Assembly (NCBI GenBank): GCA_965204375.1
Contig: OZ241986.1
Coordinates: 3,104,001-3,168,000 of the forward strand
Direction: 5' to 3'
Length of the DNA: 64,000 bases
Origin: Candidatus Latescibacterota bacterium
Lineage (GTDB): Bacteria > Latescibacterota > UBA2968
Shown: piece after piece, positions 17,250 through 27,255 of the stretch
How positions within the stretch are numbered: the first letter of the stretch is position 1
Layout: each line of letters begins with the position of its first letter
Made by a program: the position numbers and the translations under genes
Notes under the pieces: generated by a model
The model's input: only the letters and a program-made list of their open reading frames with translations
What the model was told of the DNA's origin: nothing
Databases searched by the model: none

Positions 17250-18719
17250 TCACGCAATCGAGAAATCAAATTTAACACGCGACTGATCGGATGCAGCAGT
17301 AAATGTGACGTTCGCCGTGGTATCTGTGATCTCAACGGCTCGCTGTGCGATATCCGTCTCAATCCCAATCTCGAGACCATCCAGACGCCACACATCCTCT
17401 TCAAACACAGCCACATTTGGTGAAAAAATCTCAAACACAAACTCCCGCGGATGTCCGGCCTCTGTCTGCTGTTCACCTCTAATCTCAGCCTCAATCGACA
17501 GACGCCCTGCTTCCGCCTTCGCCGCAACCTGTCCAATATGCCGCAGCGCGAGCCAGCCGGTCTCTCCATCTGACATGCGCCAGTGGACCGTCGCCGGATG
17601 GTATTGGAAACTGCGACCGGAATAACCACCCGAATCCTCTGCGCCGATCATGTAATGCGCATCCAGCCACGCGGTTGCAACGCGCTCTGGTTCAGCCGTG
17701 ATCCGTTTCTCGACACCTCGTGTACCTTCAAAAGCTGAGAAAGCAGCAGCGACCTCTGGCGGCGCATCAACCCCGAGAATCGCAAGACAAGGTCCATAAT
17801 TGAACTCGGCATTAATCTCCTCTCCCTTCGGAAACGGCGTCACCTCACGGCCAAACGCGAGCCAGATATGCAGACTCGTAAGCGCGGTATAATGCTTCAT
17901 ATCCATCCCATAGCTGCGCGAAAAAGGCCCGCAGAGATTGCCCAATCCCGCGTGGTAATAGCGCGCAATATCCCGCCAGAGTTCTTTCTCCATATACGCG
18001 CCCAATTCGTGGAGCGCACTATTCTCCAAATAGCGTCGCCAGAAACCGAGCGCGTAAAGATTCACACCATAGTACGTCGGTGAATTGTACTCCGCAAAAG
18101 CATTATTCTGCGCGAACAAACGATAGACCTCACCGCCAAATTCCTCACCGTATAAAACCATCTCATCATTTCCAATCCGCTTCCCAACCCACACGGACAG
18201 CGCGGCCTTCATCAAAGCGATATTCGAATACGTCGGCGGACAGCGATCCGGAGGCTCGCCCACAACAGCCATCTCCAAAGATCGGATCATGCGATCAACC
18301 AATCTCTGAGGCAACCGATCCCCGTACTCCTCGAGCGCGGTCGCAAACCCAAGCCCGATAAACTGACGCCAGTTCGGATCATAAGTACGCCACATCACGG
18401 CATCACCCTCTGAGGGATGTGGCTCGCCCACATAGCGATAAAAAGTACCGTGGTATGGCGTCCCCGGCTCGTCGAATTGATTATCGATAATCGCATCAAT
18501 CGTACGACACGCCCGCTCGACATCATCACCTTGATTGCGAAGCAGAAGCCCCACCGCGAACCAGACCGAATTCCGAACCATCAGCACCGCATCATTCTGG
18601 CGATGGGACCACAACAACGCGCTATCGGGATCCCAAAATCCCTCTGACCACTCGAGCGACTCAGTTGCGAGATGCCTCGCATAAGGCGACAGATCGGATA
18701 AAGAAATACCTTCAGACAT
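17250..18719 (-). CDS. Conserved hypothetical protein (possible alpha/alpha-toroid lyase or hydrolase)
   Basis: 489-aa ORF with host-like codon usage; motifs YDPNWRQF, YSNIALM, EYNSPTYYG, GPFSRSYG. Confidence 0.6.
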   Translation of the reverse strand: MSEGISLSDLSPYARHLATESLEWSEGFWDPDSALLWSHRQNDAVLMVRNSVWFAVGLLLRNQGDDVERACRTIDAIIDNQFDEPGTPYHGTFYRYVGEPHPSEGDAVMWRTYDPNWRQFIGLGFATALEEYGDRLPQRLVDRMIRSLEMAVVGEPPDRCPPTYSNIALMKAALSVWVGKRIGNDEMVLYGEEFGGEVYRLFAQNNAFAEYNSPTYYGVNLYALGFWRRYLENSALHELGAYMEKELWRDIARYYHAGLGNLCGPFSRSYGMDMKHYTALTSLHIWLAFGREVTPFPKGEEINAEFNYGPCLAILGVDAPPEVAAAFSAFEGTRGVEKRITAEPERVATAWLDAHYMIGAEDSGGYSGRSFQYHPATVHWRMSDGETGWLALRHIGQVAAKAEAGRLSIEAEIRGEQQTEAGHPREFVFEIFSPNVAVFEEDVWRLDGLEIGIETDIAQRAVEITDTTANVTFTAASDQSRVKFDFSIA

Positions 18720-18806
18720 CGCGTGTCTCCATATTCCAATTCGCGTCCTTCATAATATACGCTTTCCCTGCAAATCCTTTGCCGAAAAATTCCGTTGAGA
18801 AATGGG

Positions 18807-19514
18807 CTACGACTCCGCCGCGTATCGCCGCAACACTTCGGCAATACGTGTGAAGCGCGCATCGTCGGGAAATTGTGCAAGCCATTCCAGCAACGTCTTA
18901 TTATCCTCTGTAAACTTCGCATCGGGATCGGCACCACTTTCCAAAAGCAACTCTACCGTATCGAGATGCCCGTGCCCGCCAGCGCAATACAACACCGTAT
19001 GCCCGCGATCATTTGCGACATTGACATCTGCGCCATGCGCGATCAACAAACGCACAATCTCCGTATCCCCATTGCGCGCCGCGTGATGCACAGGCTGATC
19101 GCCGCGACCATCTATCGCCGTCGCCAGATGGGGATGCCTGTTGAGCAACGCCAGCACCCGCGCAGCATCCGCGAGAAAAACCGACACCAGGAACTGCCGC
19201 GACAAATCATCAGTCGGACGAACATGGGAATCCAGCGCACCGTATTGAATAAGCAGTGAAACAATATTTTTATTATTCGGAACCTCGCCAGCGTAGTGCA
19301 ACACATAGCCATCATGAGCAGATAGGTCGGCCCCCGCCTCAATAAGCAGACGCACGACATCCTCACGTCGCCAAAGTCCCGCGTGAAAAATCGGCCGCCA
19401 TTCGTATTCATCATCTGCATCAACCGCAGCGGGATCGGCTGCAATCATTTCGCGCACAGCGTCGATATCCCCGCGCCTGCATGCATCGTGAATTGTTAGT
19501 GTATCACTCATCAT
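18807..19514 (-). CDS. Ankyrin repeat protein
   Basis: Repeats such as GDQPVHHAARNGDTEIVRLLIAHGADVN and GHTVLYCAGGHGHLDTVELLLESGADPD. Confidence 0.92.
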   Translation of the reverse strand: MMSDTLTIHDACRRGDIDAVREMIAADPAAVDADDEYEWRPIFHAGLWRREDVVRLLIEAGADLSAHDGYVLHYAGEVPNNKNIVSLLIQYGALDSHVRPTDDLSRQFLVSVFLADAARVLALLNRHPHLATAIDGRGDQPVHHAARNGDTEIVRLLIAHGADVNVANDRGHTVLYCAGGHGHLDTVELLLESGADPDAKFTEDNKTLLEWLAQFPDDARFTRIAEVLRRYAAES

Positions 19515-19533
19515 TCACCCTCAATTATTTGTG

Positions 19534-20154
19534 TTAAAAGCGTCTTCGAGCAATGACAGAATGAAAACAAATGCCATCTCGGGGTTCCAATCTGCGATAG
19601 TACTCCAACCTGAATGACCTCTGCAAAACTTTCAGAAGTGTCTCTATACTTCTCAAAGAAAAAAACCGCTTCGGCTCATAAGTGTCCCGCTCCAAAATAC
19701 CCTCAAAGTCATCGCCCCCCCACACGCCAACATACATCAAACCATCCTCCACGAGCCGAGCCGCAATCAAATCGAAAATCTCATCTATATCTGCCTGCGG
19801 GATATGCAGCAGACAATTCAGAGAATAAACCGCATCAAAAGTCTCGCTCAACTGATCGAGATTATAGCAATCCAGAACGCGAGCGGAAACCTCTTTCTCT
19901 CTCGCCAACTTTACCATCGTCGGCGCGTTGTCGATCGCAAAAACCCGGAAACCCTGCGCTTGAAAAAATTTCGCATCGTGACCGGGACCGCATCCCAATT
20001 CGAGAATAGAATTTCGCTGCTCGTTTCTCAAACACTGCAAAAATTCGCTTCGCTCTCGCACCTTAAACTCATCAGTAGAACTATGCTCTCTCTCCAGCGC
20101 ATATCTTTCATACGAGGCAATCAAGCTATCGGTGAACTCCATGAAAGCCTCCAT
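19534..20154 (-). CDS. Class I SAM-dependent methyltransferase
   Basis: ILELGCGPG, FDAVYSLNCLLHIP. Confidence 0.88.
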   Translation of the reverse strand: MEAFMEFTDSLIASYERYALEREHSSTDEFKVRERSEFLQCLRNEQRNSILELGCGPGHDAKFFQAQGFRVFAIDNAPTMVKLAREKEVSARVLDCYNLDQLSETFDAVYSLNCLLHIPQADIDEIFDLIAARLVEDGLMYVGVWGGDDFEGILERDTYEPKRFFSLRSIETLLKVLQRSFRLEYYRRLEPRDGICFHSVIARRRF

Positions 20155-20244
20155 AAAATGGATTGACAGATGGGAACAGCTTGATTTTCAGCCACAGCCT
20201 CCTTATTATGCCTTGCAACTTTCACAAAACCAAAGACATTTTTT

Positions 20245-21651
20245 ATGCACGCATCAGAACTTTCTGGACATGAGGCAAAGAACCTTATGACAACAGATCA
20301 AATCAAAGCGCGTCTTGAAAGCGACAAAATTCAAAAAATTAAACTCGCTGGCTTCGACATCGACGGCGTTATGCGCGGCAAATACATATCGCTCGACAAG
20401 TTCTTTTCTGCCATCGAAAAAGGTTTGGGCTTCTGTGATGTGACATTTGGTTGGGATATGATCGACCAACTCTACGAACAACCCACCGTCACGGGCTGGC
20501 ATACCGGATATCCGGACCTCCTCGCCAAAATTGACCTCAGTACATACCGCGTAATACCCTGGGAGCAGAACACTGCATTGTTCTTACTCGACTTTTACGA
20601 AAACGAAAATCAGCCACTTGCGGTATCCCCGCGCCAACTCCTCCAAACAATCGTTCGCAAAGCGAATGACATGGGATTCCAGCCATACATGTCCGCGGAA
20701 TACGAATACTTCATCTTCCGGGAAACGCCCCATTCTCTGGAAGACAAAGGGTTTGAGAACATGACGCCACTCTCACCCGGTTGGTTTGGCTACAGTGTAT
20801 TGCGGGCATCTGCGGCTTCAGAATTTGTTCACGCAATAATCGATGGAATGGGAGCGTATGACGTTGAACTGGAAGGAATACACACCGAAACCGGACCCGG
20901 CGTATATGAAACTGCGATTCGTTACGACACAGCATGTAACGCCGCAGACAAAGCCGCGCTATTCAAAACTGGCGTAAAAGAAATACTATCCAGACACGGA
21001 CTCGTCGCAACCTTTATGGCGAGGTGGAGTCCAGACTACCCCGGTTGCAGCGGGCACCTGCATCAGAGCCTGTGGAATTTAGAGGGAGACACAAACCTAT
21101 TTGCCGATGAATCAGATCCGCAGGGCATATCTCAAATCATGAAACACTATATCGCAGGACAAATCGCTACAATGCCCCACATGATGGCACTGATATGCCC
21201 GACCATCAACGCCTACAAGCGGACTGTCCCCGGAGCCTGGGCACCGACCAACGCCTCCTGGGGAATTGAAAATCGAACCGCATCTCTCCGCGCCATTCCC
21301 GGTACATCCCCTAAATCCACACGCACCGAATATCGACTGGCTGGCTCTGACGCCAATCCCCATATCTCAATGGCCGCCAGCCTCGCCGCCGGACTATACG
21401 GCATAGAGCATCAACTCGACCCCGGTGAACCATTCACGGGAAATGCCTACGAAGCTCCCGAAGGGCAATTCGAGCCTTTGCCAAAATCACTTGAAGAAGC
21501 GACAGACCGACTAAAAAATAGCGAAATTACCCGAACCTATCTCGGCGACGCATTTGTCGATCACTTCGCAATCACCCGCGAACACGAAATTGCGGAATAT
21601 CGCCGCGCCATAACGGATTGGGAACTCAAGCGATACTTTGAGATCATTTGA
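20245..21651 (+). CDS. Glutamine synthetase family protein (GSI-like, likely gamma-glutamyl ligase)
   Basis: DIDGVMRGK, EYEY, HTETGPGVYE, GCSGHLHQSL, WGIENRT, EYRLAGSDANP. Confidence 0.9.
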   Translation: MHASELSGHEAKNLMTTDQIKARLESDKIQKIKLAGFDIDGVMRGKYISLDKFFSAIEKGLGFCDVTFGWDMIDQLYEQPTVTGWHTGYPDLLAKIDLSTYRVIPWEQNTALFLLDFYENENQPLAVSPRQLLQTIVRKANDMGFQPYMSAEYEYFIFRETPHSLEDKGFENMTPLSPGWFGYSVLRASAASEFVHAIIDGMGAYDVELEGIHTETGPGVYETAIRYDTACNAADKAALFKTGVKEILSRHGLVATFMARWSPDYPGCSGHLHQSLWNLEGDTNLFADESDPQGISQIMKHYIAGQIATMPHMMALICPTINAYKRTVPGAWAPTNASWGIENRTASLRAIPGTSPKSTRTEYRLAGSDANPHISMAASLAAGLYGIEHQLDPGEPFTGNAYEAPEGQFEPLPKSLEEATDRLKNSEITRTYLGDAFVDHFAITREHEIAEYRRAITDWELKRYFEII

Positions 21652-23146
21652 ACGCCTCCACAATATAATTCCCTACCCGCAGGGCATTTGCCGCAATCGT
21701 CAAACTCGGATTGACGCCGCCAGACGTGGGAAACACGCTCCCATCCGTCACAAACAAATTGTCAATCCCCCGAAATTGGCAATTTTCATCCAGCACACTC
21801 GCCTCTTCATCATCGCCCATACGCACCGACCCCACGCCATGAGAAAAAGTGTCAATGCGATACGTATGAAAAAAAAACGCGCCCGACGCGCGCAAAATCC
21901 CTTTGGCCTTCTCCACCAGATAATCGCGACGTTCGCAATCTCGCGCTGTGTACTGATGTATGACCTGTGCGCGGCTGATGCCATAAACATCCTTCTCATC
22001 TGCCAGCACCACGCGATTCTCAAACTGCGGCTCATCCTCTGCAACACACAACAGATTTTGCAAAAAACCAGCAACCATTGCCGTAAGATTTTTAAGTCCA
22101 AAAGGCGCGTGGTGCTTCAGAGCTATAGGCGACGGCGTGTAAATATCCTGAATCACCCCAACGGCACGGCCGTCCTGCCCTCGGCAATCCCCGTAAAAAT
22201 CAGAAAAACACACCTGCTTGTGAAACACCTGTTCCGGATTTGTGCGAAACGGAAACACCCCCGCCACAACGGCATTGCAATGCCGCATCAGAAAACGCCC
22301 AATCAAATCGCCCTGCGGAAACGAATGCAACTCTGACCGCAACAAAATAGCCGGACTTTGCAGCGCCCCCGCAGCGACAACAGCAACAGGCGCGGACACT
22401 TCAAACGCCTTTTTAGTACGCCGATCCACACACGCCACAGCGCGCACGCGCCCCCGTTTGCAAATAACACGCGCTACCTGTACACCCGTCAAAATCTCAG
22501 CCCCTGCATCTTGTGCCAACTTGAGCAACGTCATCGTCAGATCATTTTTAGCCTCAATTTGGCACGGAAACCCATCGCAGGTCAAACATCGAATACACAC
22601 GGTTCGCGCCCGATCCGAAAAATTGATCGCCAATGGCATGCGAAAAGGCCGATATCCCAATGCACATCCAGCATCCCAAATGCGTTGTGCAGGGCGGGAC
22701 AGTTCAATAGGCGGAAACAAATAGTCGCCCGTCCGCGGCGGCTCGCACGGATCGACACCCACTTCTCCATGCACTTCCAGTAAGCGTTCAACACAATCGT
22801 AATGCGGAGATAGGTCCCCATACAAAATCGGCCACGCGACCAGATCTTCTTCGCGCAGCCTCAGCGATGCCCCACCGTAAAACACGGACATCCCACCAAC
22901 CACTTCATTCTCGACCACATCTGAAAAATCGCGGTCCTCATATTGCCTGACGCGAAGCGGCGAGGGACCCTGATAGCGTTTCTCTACCAGTATAGAACGA
23001 GGATCCCAATCCTCTGCATCGCGTCTTGCCCAATCGCCCCGTTCCAACAGTAAAACCTTCATACCCGCCACAGCCAACACATAAGCGCAGGCACTACCTC
23101 CAAATCCCGTACCGATAATAACAGCGTCGTAATCGTTAAAATTCAT
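21644..23146 (-). CDS. GMC family oxidoreductase
   Basis: IIGTGFGGS, VGGMSVFYGG, CIRCLTC..FPC, AAGALQSP, SHGVGSVRMG, DGSVFPTSGGVNPSLTI. Confidence 0.92.
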   Translation of the reverse strand: MNFNDYDAVIIGTGFGGSACAYVLAVAGMKVLLLERGDWARRDAEDWDPRSILVEKRYQGPSPLRVRQYEDRDFSDVVENEVVGGMSVFYGGASLRLREEDLVAWPILYGDLSPHYDCVERLLEVHGEVGVDPCEPPRTGDYLFPPIELSRPAQRIWDAGCALGYRPFRMPLAINFSDRARTVCIRCLTCDGFPCQIEAKNDLTMTLLKLAQDAGAEILTGVQVARVICKRGRVRAVACVDRRTKKAFEVSAPVAVVAAGALQSPAILLRSELHSFPQGDLIGRFLMRHCNAVVAGVFPFRTNPEQVFHKQVCFSDFYGDCRGQDGRAVGVIQDIYTPSPIALKHHAPFGLKNLTAMVAGFLQNLLCVAEDEPQFENRVVLADEKDVYGISRAQVIHQYTARDCERRDYLVEKAKGILRASGAFFFHTYRIDTFSHGVGSVRMGDDEEASVLDENCQFRGIDNLFVTDGSVFPTSGGVNPSLTIAANALRVGNYIVEAFK

Positions 23147-23937
23147 TAAACCTCAAACACATACAAAACAATTAACCCAACAATAATGGCGAGTGCCCCG
23201 TAGTGAAATTTTTCTCGGGCATCAATACACCTCTGAATCCGCGGCAAATCCGGGCGGAATTTACCCGACATCGTACGCTGAATATAAGTCTTGTAATACT
23301 CCACAACAAAACGCTCCAACCCACCATTCATATAAACCAGAAATCCCAACGATATGGGATGCAGGGGATCATTGAGAAAATAGAATAACGGCGAACAAAC
23401 CGCCAGCACCAGGCCCGACCGCTGAAACTTCAAAATTTTAAACCCCTCAAACGGCGCATCTTTATACGCCCCGCCGAGCGACACCAGCAGACCCGTAATA
23501 TAAGCTGTCAGGAGAAAGACCCAGAAACTCATCACAGGAGCGGGAATCAACAACACAGCAAAAACGCCCAGCACCAGTACAGTTCCCACAGCATAGCGCA
23601 ACAAATCGCTCGCCACATACTGACCGAAAAACGTAATGCGAGAGGGCACAAAATACTTATCCTGATCTTCCGTGCGAAAAAAACCCTTGTAAAGCTCGGC
23701 CAAAAACCGTTCCAACCCCATAATCAGAAAAAAAATCTGAACCCATCCCAGCACGGAAGAACTCGCCCTAAAAATCGGGACAAAATACAACACTGCAAAA
23801 ATTACAATGTGAAAATAAATACTCCTCGGAAACGTCCTGGGCTTAAAATCCTCATAGGGCGAATCCTTAAACGCCCCCCACAAAGACGTATAAAGTCCCG
23901 ACACAATACTCACACCCAGGCCAATATAGAAATTCAT
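23146..23937 (-). CDS. Uncharacterised membrane protein with two internal repeats
   Basis: Several TM segments. WGAFKDSPYEDFK..FPRS versus GGAYKDAPFEGFK..FQRS, and GLERFLAELYK versus GLERFVVEYYK. Confidence 0.75.
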   Translation of the reverse strand: MNFYIGLGVSIVSGLYTSLWGAFKDSPYEDFKPRTFPRSIYFHIVIFAVLYFVPIFRASSSVLGWVQIFFLIMGLERFLAELYKGFFRTEDQDKYFVPSRITFFGQYVASDLLRYAVGTVLVLGVFAVLLIPAPVMSFWVFLLTAYITGLLVSLGGAYKDAPFEGFKILKFQRSGLVLAVCSPLFYFLNDPLHPISLGFLVYMNGGLERFVVEYYKTYIQRTMSGKFRPDLPRIQRCIDAREKFHYGALAIIVGLIVLYVFEV

Positions 23938-23939
23938 AG

Positions 23940-26387
23940 TTATAATTCCGATTCGTCTGATTTCTTCACATCACCTTTTTCTCGCCGCAACCGCCCCCCT
24001 TCAAGCACTTCCAAAATAGCGGGCAGCACCAGCACAGCAGCCACAAAACAAGTCAACAAACCAATCAACGCCAGGCGTCCAATTGAATTGAGCCCGGGAT
24101 GCGTCGCCATCGTCAATCCAAAAAAGCCCACCATCGTCGTCAGCATAGAAATGAACATCGCCCCACCAGTACTCCTGATCACCACCGGCATCGACCCGGG
24201 ACCCTCCTCTCGATATCGGTGATAGAGATGCACCCCATTATCAATTCCCATACCAATAATAGTGGGCAACGCGACCATATTGTAGAAATTGAGCTTTAAA
24301 TCCTGCAAATACAGCGAACCACACATCCACACAGTACCACAGGCAAGGGGAAAAATCACCAGCAAAGCAGAGCGCAAACTGCGAAAATCAGTCAGCACAA
24401 TGAGAAACACGACAATCACCGTCAACGAGATCGCACGCGGACTATCGCGCAGCATCAGGCGCAACATATCGGCAAAAATAATATTGGCACTCGACGAATA
24501 AAACACCTTGCCCGACGCGGTCTGAATCTCGTGTGAATCTTCGGCAAATGCAATGGCATTTTTTCCATCGCGCAACTGCACACTCGGCAAAATTTGTGCA
24601 AAATACGCCTGACTGCCATCAATCGTCTCAAATTTTCTCAATAAATTTTCGGGCAAATCCTCAACCGAAAGCCTTTTGACATCCAACAAATCGCGCAGAG
24701 AATCGAGCTTTGCCTTTTGTGTGCCCCTGATCAACTTCGCACCCTCGCCATTGGCCAGCGCGCGAATCTCTCCAATAATATCCAGCTTCTCGTCCTGACC
24801 GCGCAACTCTGTCCAGAGCGTCTTAACTTTGTCAATCGTCGGCGTTGAATCATCTTTAGCTATCTTCTTTTCCAATGCATCCACAATCTCATCGAGTTCC
24901 GTTTTGCTATCCGCCAGCACAATGCCATAAGACTGCGATTCGCTGCCGTATTTCGGAATCGTCGCCATCTTTTGTTTTACCTTGACCGATGCGGGCAAAT
25001 TAGAGCGCAAATTGGTAAAATCGTATTCAAAATCTATATCGGGCAAATGGATGCCCAGATATATCGCGAGGATCAGCGCGCCGGCAATCACCAACTTTGG
25101 ATATGGAAAATGCCCCCGGCTGCCGCCCCAATTGTGCCCCCACACGTGCCGCATGCGAATCCACATAAACCTTTGATCCGCCAGCACCAGCACAGCGGGC
25201 AATACAGTCGTCATAGAGACCAGCGACATCAAAATGCCCGTACCCACAATAAAACCAAATTCCGTAAACCCCCTGAAATCTGTCAGCGTCAGAGAAAAGA
25301 ACGCAATAGACGTTGTTATCGCCGCCGTCAAAATAGCCTGTCCAGTCTGGCTCAGCATCGTCTCTATGGACATTCGCACATCCGTCTTGTCCATGCGAAC
25401 TTCGAGATATCGCGCAAACATGTGAATACCAAAATCGATCCCCAGCCCAAACAAAATCACAAACAAAAAAGCCGTCATAGTATTCAAATTGCCGATAACC
25501 CAGTACGTAATCGCAAATGCCCAGATCAAACCCATCGCCAGCGGAATAGCCACAAAAAAAGCCGCCAATGGCTGGCGGAAATAAAACGTCAAAAGCGCGA
25601 CAATACCCACGACACCAAATATCAACGTCGAGCGGACATCGCTTAAAATGGTATCGTATTCGTCAATTTTGTTCTTAAACGGTCCTCCGTATTCAATCAA
25701 CATCTGCGGGTGATACGCGCGCGGATTCACCTTCTTGACAGCCTGCTGGATCACCCGTTGCATATCCTTGGCAAAACCGATATTGCTCACCGTACCCGCT
25801 GCCATCGCCTCCAATGCCAGGATGGTACGGTCGGGATTGGTATAATACGTCTCGTCTCCATTATCTGCCGTGCGATACTTAGCCTCAATATCCGAAAAAT
25901 CGAGCACGGCTTCTTCTTCATCAAGAGAAATATACAACGGCGACAGCTTCAACTTTTCCTGGATGATATAATCATCTATGCGCGTGAGAACCTCATCCAA
26001 ATCGTCCGTTTCCATAAACAACAGCGCGTTCTTGCGATAAAATTCTGCATCTCGCTTGTAATCGACAAAGTTGATGTACGTCCCGTATTTCTCATCCTGT
26101 AACTCATGTGCCAGATCCTCGGTAAAACGCCTGTTTGCCTCAAAATCGGGACTCTGTACCAAAACCACCAGACTGCCCACACCACCCACGCGCTGTTTGA
26201 TCTCATTGAGCGTCTTCACACTCTGATAATTTTCCGGAATCAGAGCAACGAGATCCGTCTCGAGTTTGCGCCCGAGCTTGTACACAAAAATACTGCAAAA
26301 AGCCGTCAACAAAATCGACACCACAAGAATACCTCTGTAGTGTCGATAAGTCCACCCCGCCAAAAAACGAAGCCCCACTTCAACCAA
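23940..26387 (-). CDS. MMPL/RND family transporter (HpnN-like)
   Basis: Two RND halves with GLGIDFGIH and GMGIDNGVH, and two large periplasmic loops. Confidence 0.9.
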   Translation of the reverse strand: MVEVGLRFLAGWTYRHYRGILVVSILLTAFCSIFVYKLGRKLETDLVALIPENYQSVKTLNEIKQRVGGVGSLVVLVQSPDFEANRRFTEDLAHELQDEKYGTYINFVDYKRDAEFYRKNALLFMETDDLDEVLTRIDDYIIQEKLKLSPLYISLDEEEAVLDFSDIEAKYRTADNGDETYYTNPDRTILALEAMAAGTVSNIGFAKDMQRVIQQAVKKVNPRAYHPQMLIEYGGPFKNKIDEYDTILSDVRSTLIFGVVGIVALLTFYFRQPLAAFFVAIPLAMGLIWAFAITYWVIGNLNTMTAFLFVILFGLGIDFGIHMFARYLEVRMDKTDVRMSIETMLSQTGQAILTAAITTSIAFFSLTLTDFRGFTEFGFIVGTGILMSLVSMTTVLPAVLVLADQRFMWIRMRHVWGHNWGGSRGHFPYPKLVIAGALILAIYLGIHLPDIDFEYDFTNLRSNLPASVKVKQKMATIPKYGSESQSYGIVLADSKTELDEIVDALEKKIAKDDSTPTIDKVKTLWTELRGQDEKLDIIGEIRALANGEGAKLIRGTQKAKLDSLRDLLDVKRLSVEDLPENLLRKFETIDGSQAYFAQILPSVQLRDGKNAIAFAEDSHEIQTASGKVFYSSSANIIFADMLRLMLRDSPRAISLTVIVVFLIVLTDFRSLRSALLVIFPLACGTVWMCGSLYLQDLKLNFYNMVALPTIIGMGIDNGVHLYHRYREEGPGSMPVVIRSTGGAMFISMLTTMVGFFGLTMATHPGLNSIGRLALIGLLTCFVAAVLVLPAILEVLEGGRLRREKGDVKKSDESEL

Positions 26388-26401
26388 TGGGTGCCACCTT
26401 T

Positions 26402-26998
26402 CTAATCCGACGTATCTTCACTTAGTTTTTCTTTTAATTTATCCATCAAGCCTGCAAAAGAAGACTTGCGAATCTCCCGGCGAAACTGTGACCGGTTGCT
26501 GCGTGCAACACTCAACTCATCAATAACCATATCGTAAATCAACCACTTGTCATCAACGAGATGCAATTTATAGTCAATCGTACTCGACTCGCGCCTGTAA
26601 TACACCACCGTCTTGACAATAGCCTGTGTGCTATCAACCTCGACACCCGTATAGTCGATCTTCTCCGCTTTGGTATATAACGCGGGATCGGCGTAATTTT
26701 TCTCGATCAACTGTCTGTTCACAGCCACAAAATCAGCCCGTTCTTCTTCTGTTCGCGCTGTCCAATCTCGGCCGAGGGACTCCCGGCTAAATGTTTCAAA
26801 ATCGAACAACTCACCGACAATAGCTTTAAGCGCGGCACGCTCTTCAGCCGTATCACCACCGGTTTCTGAACGCACAATATCCTGAATCGCTCGATCTCGG
26901 CTCTTCACCATATCGAGCAACGCATCGCCCTGATCAGACGCGCTCGCCACGCCCATCAAAACGAGCAACAGAAATGCATGCCTGAGCAATGAAATCAT
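26402..26998 (-). CDS. MlaC/Ttg2D (HpnM-like) periplasmic lipid shuttle
   Basis: Signal peptide, FDFETFSRESLGRDW, IDYKL, WLIYDMVIDELSVARSNRSQF. Confidence 0.85.
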   Translation of the reverse strand: MISLLRHAFLLLVLMGVASASDQGDALLDMVKSRDRAIQDIVRSETGGDTAEERAALKAIVGELFDFETFSRESLGRDWTARTEEERADFVAVNRQLIEKNYADPALYTKAEKIDYTGVEVDSTQAIVKTVVYYRRESSTIDYKLHLVDDKWLIYDMVIDELSVARSNRSQFRREIRKSSFAGLMDKLKEKLSEDTSD

Positions 26999-27191
26999 AA
27001 CATATTGCCTATTATATCAACAACTTGTTTTTAGACAGAATCTCCGTCAATTTTAATATTTTTCTCTCCCAAAGTCAAGACAGCGACAGTCTGTCTTAAA
27101 AAAAGAGAACTTGAGTATTAACAAAAAGAAAGAATGCCCTATTTTGCAACAAAATTCTCTGATTATCTTTAAAAAAATACTGCGTACAAAC

Positions 27192-27231
27192 AAACTTCTG
27201 TTGAAGCCATACCCCCCCCCAACAGAAGTTT
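27192..27231 (-). terminator. Stem-loop after the IPCT/DIPPS-like gene
   Basis: 12-bp inverted repeat AAACTTCTGTTG/CAACAGAAGTTT around a C9 tract, 25 bp past the stop codon. Confidence 0.55.
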
Positions 27232-27255
27232 ATCTCAGTTCAGACAAAAATTGTA

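Noticed and set aside
20245-21651. Housekeeping glnA
   Set aside because: The overall pattern fits the gamma-glutamyl ligase-like GSI paralogs and there is no nitrogen-regulation context, so no symbol was assigned.
27212-27220. Phase-variable poly-C tract
   Set aside because: It lies within a terminator-like hairpin (mostly the loop), not in a coding region or evident promoter spacer.
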